Shown: in pieces, positions 24,755-31,174 of the stretch
How positions within the stretch are numbered: position 1 is the stretch's first letter
Layout: every line of letters begins with the position of its first letter
Assembly (NCBI RefSeq): GCF_003324675.1
Contig: NZ_CP030918.1
Location: 2,730,001 to 2,762,000 of the forward strand
Length of the DNA: 32,000 bases
Origin: Paracoccus suum
GTDB lineage: Bacteria > Pseudomonadota > Alphaproteobacteria > Rhodobacterales > Rhodobacteraceae
Direction: 5' to 3'
The notes under the pieces: generated by a model
Told to the model about the DNA's origin: nothing
Database searches by the model: none
What the model saw: the letters and a program-made list of their open reading frames with translations, nothing else
Translations under genes and position numbers: made by a program

Positions 24755-25540
24755 ATGAACCGCCTTTTCAGAACCTTGCTCAAACCCTTCTCTGCCTTCT
24801 TCGAAGGGCATGCCCGGACGCACTACCGGATGGAGCGTCACTCGATCGCGCTGACGATCGGTATCATCATCGCAGCGGGCGTTGGCGGCTTTGTCGAGAT
24901 CGCCCCCCTGTTCACCATCGACGAGACGGTCGAGAAGGTCTCGGACATGCGCGTCTACACCCCGCTCGAGCAGGCAGGGCGCGACATTTATGTGCGCGAG
25001 GCCTGTTATACCTGCCACAGCCAGATGATCCGTACGCTGCGCGACGAGGTGGAGCGCTATGGCCCCTACTCGCTGGCGGTCGAGAGCAAGTACGATCATC
25101 CCATGCTTTGGGGATCCAAGCGCACCGGCCCCGACCTCGCCCGGCTGGGTGACAAGTTTTCCGACGACTGGCACGTGCGGCACCTCATCGACCCGCGCGA
25201 CGTGGTGCCTGAGTCCGTGATGCCTCAGTATGCCTTCCTAGCGCGCACCTCACTCGAGACCGCGAGCCTGCCGGGTCGTTTGGAGGCGCTTCGGACCGTC
25301 GGCGTGCCCTACACCGACGAGATGATCGCGAACGCCAGCTTGGATGCGCTGGGCCAGACCAGGCCTGACCGCGAGCAGGCCGATGGCGTTGTCGAGCGCT
25401 ATGGCGAGGCAACCCATGTCCGCAATTTCGACGATCAGCCCGACCGACTGACCGAAATGGACGCGCTCGTCGCCTATCTGCAGGTCCTCGGCAAGCTGAC
25501 CACCCTCCCGGACCAGATCAAGATCGTAGCGGAGGAGTGA
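24755..25540 (+). CDS. ccoO: cbb3-type cytochrome c oxidase subunit II, monoheme (CcoO)
   Basis: ATG 24755 lies 7 nt after a GGAG at the ccoN stop. TM anchor, then VEIAPLF and heme motif CYTCHSQMIR, WGSKRTGPDLARLG, HLIDPR. An alternative start is ATG 24830 (MERHS). Confidence 0.9.
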   Translation: MNRLFRTLLKPFSAFFEGHARTHYRMERHSIALTIGIIIAAGVGGFVEIAPLFTIDETVEKVSDMRVYTPLEQAGRDIYVREACYTCHSQMIRTLRDEVERYGPYSLAVESKYDHPMLWGSKRTGPDLARLGDKFSDDWHVRHLIDPRDVVPESVMPQYAFLARTSLETASLPGRLEALRTVGVPYTDEMIANASLDALGQTRPDREQADGVVERYGEATHVRNFDDQPDRLTEMDALVAYLQVLGKLTTLPDQIKIVAEE

Positions 25541-25542
25541 AG

Positions 25543-25713
25543 ATGGACTTTTCGCATGACAGCGTCGTCGCGTTCGCCAAGACCTTCGGCCTGATCTACC
25601 TGGTCGCGCTCTCGGTCGGGATCACCATCTACGCCTTCTGGCCGTCGCTGGGCAAACGCTTCGATAAGGCGGCAAACAGCATTCTGGATGACGAGAATGG
25701 CCCATGTCGGTAA
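25543..25713 (+). CDS. ccoQ: cbb3-type cytochrome c oxidase subunit CcoQ/FixQ (small single-TM subunit, absent from the ORF track)
   Basis: My own translation gives MDFSHDSVVAFAKTFGLIYLVALSVGITIYAFWPSLGKRFDKAANSILDDENGPCR (56 aa). It sits between ccoO and ccoP, 2 nt after the ccoO stop, and overlaps the ccoP start by 10 nt. The ...YAFWP...KRFD.AA motif is CcoQ-like. Confidence 0.7.
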   Translation: MDFSHDSVVAFAKTFGLIYLVALSVGITIYAFWPSLGKRFDKAANSILDDENGPCR

Positions 25714-26570
25714 AAGAACGCGATCCGCTGACCGGTCATCAGACCACCGGTCATGAATGGGACGGCATCACCGAACTGAACACCCGCGTTCCGCGCGCAG
25801 TGTGGTGGGCGGTGGGTCTGACACATCTGTGGGCGGTGATCGTCTGGGTATTGCTGCCCACCTGGCCACTGGTCACGACCTACACCAAGGGCCTGCTGGG
25901 CCTGACGGATCGCGGCGAGGTCGATGCCGCGATCGTTCAGGCCAATGCCGCGCGGGCCGACTGGGCCGACCCGGTCCTGGCGATGCCCGTGGACGAAATC
26001 CGCGCTGACGACGCACTGATCGGGCGCGTACGGCAGACCGGGCATTCGCTGTTTGGTGACAACTGCGCGGGCTGCCACGGTCGCGACGCGCGAGGCGGCC
26101 CCGGCTTTCCGAACCTGATCGACGGCGACTGGCTGTGGGGTGGCGATCCCGACACCATCATCGAGACGCTGAACGTCGGCATAAACTCGACCCACCCCGA
26201 CACGCGCACCTCGCAGATGATGGCTTTTGGCCGGGACGGGATGCTGACACGACCGCAAATACTTTCGGTGATCGGCCACATCCGCGCGCTGTCGCGCACC
26301 GATGCCGCGCCGTCTGCCGACAATCCCGCAGGGGCCGAAATCTACGCCGACAACTGCGCCAGCTGCCACGGCGATGACGGGCGCGGCATGGAGGAAATCG
26401 GCGCCCCGAACCTGACCGACAACCAGTGGATCTACGGCGGCGACGATGATTCCGTCTACCGCACCATCTGGGGCGGGCGGCAGGGCTGGATGCCGTCCTG
26501 GCAGGGTCGGCTCAGCCCTACGGAGATCAAGATCCTGACCACCTATCTGCTCGATGCGGGGGCGCAATGA
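25704..26570 (+). CDS. ccoP: cbb3-type cytochrome c oxidase subunit III, diheme (CcoP)
   Basis: N-terminal HEWDGI.ELN motif, a TM helix and two heme motifs CAGCHG and CASCHG. 288 aa. Confidence 0.9.
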   Translation: MSVKERDPLTGHQTTGHEWDGITELNTRVPRAVWWAVGLTHLWAVIVWVLLPTWPLVTTYTKGLLGLTDRGEVDAAIVQANAARADWADPVLAMPVDEIRADDALIGRVRQTGHSLFGDNCAGCHGRDARGGPGFPNLIDGDWLWGGDPDTIIETLNVGINSTHPDTRTSQMMAFGRDGMLTRPQILSVIGHIRALSRTDAAPSADNPAGAEIYADNCASCHGDDGRGMEEIGAPNLTDNQWIYGGDDDSVYRTIWGGRQGWMPSWQGRLSPTEIKILTTYLLDAGAQ

Positions 26571-26767
26571 GCCTCGCACACATTCCACGGCGCTTCTGGT
26601 CCGGCGCGCGGCTCTTTGCGCTGGCGACATCCGGACTGATCCTCGTCATCTTCATCGCGGCGAACTGGCACCTTGTCGCCATTTCCCTCGCCTCCCACCC
26701 GGATTGCGCGCTTGCCCTTCCGCAGGACATCGCCGGTCCCCTTGCAGCGGCGAAACCATCATGTTGA
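26567..26767 (+). CDS. Small single-TM protein, N-terminal CcoH/FixH-like segment only (hypothetical)
   Basis: 66-aa ORF whose ATG overlaps the ccoP stop (ATGA) and whose TGA overlaps the next gene's start (ATGTTGA). One hydrophobic helix, LFALATSGLILVIFIAANWHLVAISL. The pattern F.G......VIFIAAN......A.SHP resembles the FixH/CcoH N-terminal anchor from memory. It could also be a non-coding overlap artefact. Confidence 0.45.
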   Translation: MSLAHIPRRFWSGARLFALATSGLILVIFIAANWHLVAISLASHPDCALALPQDIAGPLAAAKPSC

Positions 26768-27663
26768 ACGACCCCGTCGACCCCCGCGAGCCCAAGGAAC
26801 TGCCCCCGACAGACAATCCCCATGCCGGCGGGATCGTGATCCCGAAGGTGGTCCCATCGCTGCCGCGCGAGAACCCCTATGTACGCAGCCTTCCCGGCCG
26901 AACCGCACTTTCGTGGCTCGGTCAGGGATGGCGAGACCTCTGGGCGAACTCGCTTCCCAGCCTCCTTTACGGGCTGGGCGTGTTCTGCCTCTCGGCCTGG
27001 ATCGCGTGGCTGCTGTTTCATCTGGAGCTGGACTATGTCCTCTTCCCTGCCCTCGCTGGTTTCCTGGTCCTCGGGCCGCTGGTCGCCAACGGCCTTTACG
27101 AGAAAAGCCGCCGGCTCGAGCTCGGCGAGCGCACCAGTTTTCTACAGATGATCTTCGTCCGGCCCGCCTCGGGCTACCAGGCGCTGTTCATGGGGGTCCT
27201 GCTGCTGGGCCTCTTCCTGCTGTGGCTGCGCGCCGCGGTCATCATTTACGCTCTGTTCTTTGGGGTCGTGGGGTTTCCCGGCATCGAGGACCTCGGGCAG
27301 ATGCTGCTCTTCACCCACAAGGGCTGGGGCTTGCTGATCGCCGGCAGTGCCGTCGGCGCTCTCTTCGCCGCCTTCGGGTTTGCCATCAGCGTCTTCGCGC
27401 TGCCCATGATGCTGGAAGAGCGAACTGATGCCCTTACGGCGCTGGGCATCAGCATGGCCATGACCTGGAACAACCTGCGCGTGATGATCGTCTGGGGCGC
27501 AATCGTCCTGGTGTTGTTCGCGATCTGCGTGGCAAGCCTCTTTATCGGGTTGATCGTGATCTTCCCGCTGCTGGGCCACGCGACATGGCACGCCTATCGT
27601 ACGATCCGCGGAACAAGCCACGCTGGAAAGCCGAGCGAACGGATGTTCATCAGGCCGGCATAA
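26761..27663 (+). CDS. DUF2189-like polytopic integral membrane protein (function unknown)
   Basis: ATG 26761 (MLNDPVDP...) gives about 300 aa with 5-6 hydrophobic segments (LLYGLGVFCLSAWIAWLLF, FPALAGFLVLGPLVANGLY, LFMGVLLLGLFLLWL, etc.). It is translationally coupled to the preceding small ORF. The family call is from memory. Confidence 0.8.
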   Translation: MLNDPVDPREPKELPPTDNPHAGGIVIPKVVPSLPRENPYVRSLPGRTALSWLGQGWRDLWANSLPSLLYGLGVFCLSAWIAWLLFHLELDYVLFPALAGFLVLGPLVANGLYEKSRRLELGERTSFLQMIFVRPASGYQALFMGVLLLGLFLLWLRAAVIIYALFFGVVGFPGIEDLGQMLLFTHKGWGLLIAGSAVGALFAAFGFAISVFALPMMLEERTDALTALGISMAMTWNNLRVMIVWGAIVLVLFAICVASLFIGLIVIFPLLGHATWHAYRTIRGTSHAGKPSERMFIRPA

Positions 27664-27691
27664 GGGGCGGCTGTTTTGGGAAGCGCTCAAA

Positions 27692-27719
27692 GCGCAGTCG
27701 TGATCTCCGACGGCTGCGC
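27692..27719. terminator. Imperfect GC-rich hairpin between convergent genes (possible bidirectional terminator)
   Basis: GCGCAGTCG-tgatctc-CGAcggCTGCGC lies in the 63-nt gap between the DUF2189-like stop (27663) and the cytochrome c stop (27727). There is no clear U-tract. Confidence 0.3.
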
Positions 27720-27726
27720 TGGAAAG

Positions 27727-28239
27727 CTACCTCTCAAGCGTCATGGTGGCCATGGCGTCCATATCAGGCGGCATCTCAGAACCTGACGCCGCATAGCCGT
27801 TCTGCGACAACAGAAATGTGGTGATGTCAGTGTAAGTCTTGTCTGTCAGGGCGCCGGGCCGGTTCGGCGGCATTGCGCTTTGGGTAAAGCTGTAGAGCGC
27901 GTCGACCGTTGTCGGACCCCAATGCTCGTCGAAGTAATTACCCTTCAGCGGCGCACCCCCGAATTCCCCGTTGTTCAACTGATCGCCATGGCAATCCGAG
28001 CAATTGGCCATGTAGGCCTTCCGGCCACGCTCGACCTGCGCGGTAGTGAATTGCGGCGGGCGAAGGTCTTCGTCCACCGCTTTTTCGACGGTCTTGGGTG
28101 CAGCACCGATCGGCGCCGTGGCGTCGAGGCTTGGCATGCCCTTGATCTCGGCAAAACCTGCAGGCGCCAAAATTGCGACGAGGATGGCTGAAACTGCGCC
28201 AGACCGGCAAAATTGGCGAAGTGGCTGTCGGTGCGTCAT
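27727..28239 (-). CDS. Periplasmic monoheme c-type cytochrome (probable electron acceptor of the adjacent PQQ dehydrogenase)
   Basis: ATG 28239 (MTHRQPL...), with the track start 28254 being a GTG. Signal peptide ...AILVAILAPAGFA/E, heme motif CSDCHG, Met ligand candidate in QSAMPPNRPG. Divergent from the PQQ-DH gene. Confidence 0.85.
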   Translation of the reverse strand: MTHRQPLRQFCRSGAVSAILVAILAPAGFAEIKGMPSLDATAPIGAAPKTVEKAVDEDLRPPQFTTAQVERGRKAYMANCSDCHGDQLNNGEFGGAPLKGNYFDEHWGPTTVDALYSFTQSAMPPNRPGALTDKTYTDITTFLLSQNGYAASGSEMPPDMDAMATMTLER

Positions 28240-28325
28240 CGTTCCATCTCTCACATCATGTGGTGCTGAACTGAGCGCTCATCCCGGCTTGACATGGTGG
28301 GACACTGGGAGTGTTCTTTGACTGT

Positions 28326-28341
28326 GGGGATTCTGATCCCC
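28326..28341. repeat. Inverted repeat GGGGAT-tctg-ATCCCC in the 5' region of the PQQ dehydrogenase gene
   Basis: Perfect 6-bp arms with a 4-nt spacer, 73 nt upstream of ATG 28414. Function unknown; it could be a regulator site or a leader hairpin. Confidence 0.3.
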
Positions 28342-28413
28342 TACTGCAAGCCAACGATGGACGGTCACGCCGTTCCCGGCAAGGTCGCCCTCGGTAATTT
28401 GGAGGGTCTCAGC

Positions 28414-30198
28414 ATGACATTCGCGCGTTTGTTAACCTCATCGATGTGGGTCGCACCCCTGTTGGTGCTCGGCAGCGTGGCAGTGGCGCAGGAGAAGGCC
28501 GCGCCGAATCCGCTGGACGCCATCACGCCCGTGACCGACGAGATGCTGAAGAAGCCGGCCGATGGCGACTGGCTGATGTGGCGGCGTACCTATGACGGCT
28601 GGGGCTTCTCGCCGCTCGCGCAGATAGACAAGACGAATGTGAAGAACCTGGAGGTCGCATGGGTGTGGTCGCTGTCGAACGGCGCGACGGAAACGACGCC
28701 CATCGTCCATGACGGGGTCCTGTTCGTCTACAACTACGGCGACAAGATCCAGGCGCTGAACGCCAAGACGGGCGATCTGCTCTGGGAATATCAGCGCGAG
28801 TTGCCGCAGGAATTGATCGACGCCGGTGGCAACAACCTCGCCAAGCGCAACATGGCCATCTACGATGACAAGCTGATCGCAGCGACCTCCGATGCCTTTA
28901 TCATCGCGCTCGACGTCAAGACCGGCCAGGTCGCCTGGGAAAAGCAAACGGCCGACTGGCAAAAGGGCTGGCGCTACACCAGCGGCCCGTTCATCGCCGA
29001 GGGCAAGATCATTCAGGGGATGACTGGCTGCGGCAACGCCCAGCCGGGCGGCTGCTTCGTCACCGGCAACGATCCCAAGACCGGCGAGGAGCTCTGGCGT
29101 GTCTACACCATTGCCCGGCCGGATGACCCGAAAGGCGGAGATACCTGGAACGGGCTGCCGCTGGAGAGCCGGATGGGCGGTTCGGCCTGGATCTCGGGCA
29201 CCTATGACCCCGACCAGAAACTTGTCTTCCAGGGGGTCGGCCAGCCTTACCCCTGGATCGCCGAAATGCGCGGAACGCTGCCGGTGAAGGATGGCAAGAA
29301 CAACGATGCCCTCTACACCGATTCTACCATGGCGATCGACCCGGCCTCGGGCGAGCTGAAATGGTACCACCAGTACCTCAAGGACGACACCTGGGACCTC
29401 GATTACGTCTACGAGCGGCAGCTGATCGACCTTCCGGTCGCCGGTGTGGACAAGAAGATGCTGGTGACCACCGGCAAGCTGGGCATCATCGAGGCGATTG
29501 ATCGCACCAACGGCGATTTCCTGTGGGCGACCGAGACGGTGCCGCAAAACGTCGTCTCTGCCATCGATGAAAAGACAGGCGAAAAGACCATCAACCAGGA
29601 CGCTGTCCCGCATATCGGCAAGACGACGGTGAACTGCCCGGCGGACCCCGGGGGGCGCGGTTGGCCGGCCACGGCCTACAGCCCGAAGACCCAGGCACTA
29701 TACCTGCCGCTGAACGAGTTCTGCTCGAACACGACGCCGCAGCCGCTCGACCCTGGCCAAGTGTACACGGGCGGAGGCAGGGCCACCTATGACCGCGTGC
29801 CGGTGCCGAACAGCGACGGCAATATCGGCCGGATCGATGCGGTCAAGCTGACCGACCAGTCGCAGATGTGGAGCCATCGCCAGCGCTCACCCGTCACCAG
29901 CGCCGTTCTGCCGACCGCAGGCGGGCTCGTCTTCGCGGGCAGTTGGGACCGCTGGTTCCGGGCTTTTGACGACGAGACCGGCGACGTGCTGTGGGAAACG
30001 CGGGTGAACAACGCGATCAACTCGTTCCCGATCAGCTACGAGGTCGACGGCAAGCAGTACATCGCCGTCGCCGTGGGCAATGGGTCCAGCGCCGCACGCT
30101 CTTGGGCGACGCTGACGCCCGAATTGCTGAACCCGGATGGCGGCTCGGCCCTGTGGGTATTTGCCGTTTCGGACGAGAAGAAAACGGCCGCCAACTGA
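28414..30198 (+). CDS. PQQ-dependent dehydrogenase, methanol/ethanol-family beta-propeller, divergent active-site signature
   Basis: ATG 28414 lies 7 nt after a GGAGGG SD, with signal peptide MTFARLLTSSMWVAPLLVLGSVAVA/QE. N-terminal DWLMWRRTYDGWGFSPL, and repeated propeller motifs A(L/I)D..TG...W (ALNAKTGDLLW, ALDVKTGQVAW, AIDPASGELKW, AFDDETGDVLW). No CxxCH, so it is not a quinohemoprotein. Confidence 0.9.
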   Translation: MTFARLLTSSMWVAPLLVLGSVAVAQEKAAPNPLDAITPVTDEMLKKPADGDWLMWRRTYDGWGFSPLAQIDKTNVKNLEVAWVWSLSNGATETTPIVHDGVLFVYNYGDKIQALNAKTGDLLWEYQRELPQELIDAGGNNLAKRNMAIYDDKLIAATSDAFIIALDVKTGQVAWEKQTADWQKGWRYTSGPFIAEGKIIQGMTGCGNAQPGGCFVTGNDPKTGEELWRVYTIARPDDPKGGDTWNGLPLESRMGGSAWISGTYDPDQKLVFQGVGQPYPWIAEMRGTLPVKDGKNNDALYTDSTMAIDPASGELKWYHQYLKDDTWDLDYVYERQLIDLPVAGVDKKMLVTTGKLGIIEAIDRTNGDFLWATETVPQNVVSAIDEKTGEKTINQDAVPHIGKTTVNCPADPGGRGWPATAYSPKTQALYLPLNEFCSNTTPQPLDPGQVYTGGGRATYDRVPVPNSDGNIGRIDAVKLTDQSQMWSHRQRSPVTSAVLPTAGGLVFAGSWDRWFRAFDDETGDVLWETRVNNAINSFPISYEVDGKQYIAVAVGNGSSAARSWATLTPELLNPDGGSALWVFAVSDEKKTAAN

Positions 30199-30214
30199 CG
30201 GTCCACGCAAAAAC

Positions 30215-30249
30215 GAAGGCAGCGGCGGGATGACGGCGCCGCTGCCTTC
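30215..30249 (+). terminator. Perfect 13-bp GC-rich hairpin downstream of the PQQ dehydrogenase gene (terminator or attenuator, no U-tract)
   Basis: GAAGGCAGCGGCG-ggatgacgg-CGCCGCTGCCTTC starts 17 nt after the stop at 30198 and ends 22 nt before the next start. Confidence 0.5.
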
Positions 30250-30270
30250 CTGAACAATCGGGCATGGCGG

Positions 30271-31104
30271 ATGGCACCAGGAATGATCATTCGGGCCTGC
30301 GCGTTGATTTCCGTCGGTCTCATGGGGTTTATGCCCATCGCGGCCCCGGCGCAGGATACGCCCTACATCGCAGAGCCGTGGCGCTACGGTCGAAACGACG
30401 ACAAGAATACCTTGCGCTACTGCATCGACCCGAGGGATTCAGAGTGGAAGATCGCACAGGACATCGCCCAGCAGATCGCCGCGGCCCTGCTGCTGGAACC
30501 CGCGCCCAAGATGATCGAGGACAAGCGGGTCACGGCGGGCTGGGACGTCCTTTACACCCATCTTCTGACGGATTGCGACGTCTACTTCGGCTTCAAGCTG
30601 ATCCCGGGGGTTTATCCCGGTTGGGTGACGCTGACGCGCCCCTACTATGCCTCGACCTACGTGTTCGCCGTCACCGACCCAAGCTGGCAATCTCTCGCGG
30701 ACATTCCGCCAGATCGGCCCATCGCGACGGCAATCGGCACCAGCGCGGATTTCAGCTTCATCAAATACCTGCAAACGCTGCCCCCTGCCCGCCAGTGGCC
30801 ACGCTTTCCAATGGGCACCAACGAAGATGCCCTTGCGGCCCTTTCCAAAGGCACGGCGGCGGCCGCCTTGGTCTGGGGACCCGCCGTCTGGGCCGCGAAG
30901 GAGGCGAACCCGGCCTATGCCGACCTGCGCCTGATTGCGCCCGACCCCTTGCCACCAACCACGCTGAACATGGGCGCAGCCATGCTGGGCAACCAGAGCT
31001 TTTTGCGCAGCAACGTCGACCGCGCCATTTCAGAGCTGACGGCAGACGGGACGATAGCCGCGATCCTGAAGGACCATGCTTTCCCCGCAGAGCCGGTTCC
31101 CTAG
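30271..31104 (+). CDS. MoxJ/XoxJ-like periplasmic solute-binding-fold protein associated with quinoprotein dehydrogenases
   Basis: 277-aa ORF with signal peptide (...GLMGFMPIAAPAQD). Type-3 SBP-like pattern: LRYCIDP......IAQ.IA, CDVYFG, LTRPYYASTYVF. Its position directly after a PQQ-DH matches MoxJ-type context. Confidence 0.7.
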   Translation: MAPGMIIRACALISVGLMGFMPIAAPAQDTPYIAEPWRYGRNDDKNTLRYCIDPRDSEWKIAQDIAQQIAAALLLEPAPKMIEDKRVTAGWDVLYTHLLTDCDVYFGFKLIPGVYPGWVTLTRPYYASTYVFAVTDPSWQSLADIPPDRPIATAIGTSADFSFIKYLQTLPPARQWPRFPMGTNEDALAALSKGTAAAALVWGPAVWAAKEANPAYADLRLIAPDPLPPTTLNMGAAMLGNQSFLRSNVDRAISELTADGTIAAILKDHAFPAEPVP

Positions 31105-31174
31105 CGGCGAAGAGGAACTGCGCCCCCGTGGAGCTGGCGGGCGGCACCATCTGCCCGGCAGCCGGCAACCTGCC

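Noticed and set aside
28142-28155. FNR half-site TTGATCTCGGCAAA with the same left arm and spacer as the perfect box
   Set aside because: The right arm matches ATCAA at only 3 of 5 positions. The site lies inside the cytochrome c coding region, about 260 nt from the PQQ-DH start, so it is probably fortuitous.
28289-28317. Possible sigma70-type promoter TTGACA-N17-TGTTCT upstream of the PQQ dehydrogenase
   Set aside because: The -35 hexamer is perfect but the -10 candidate is poor. Promoter consensus in high-GC alphaproteobacteria is too loose to call from sequence alone.
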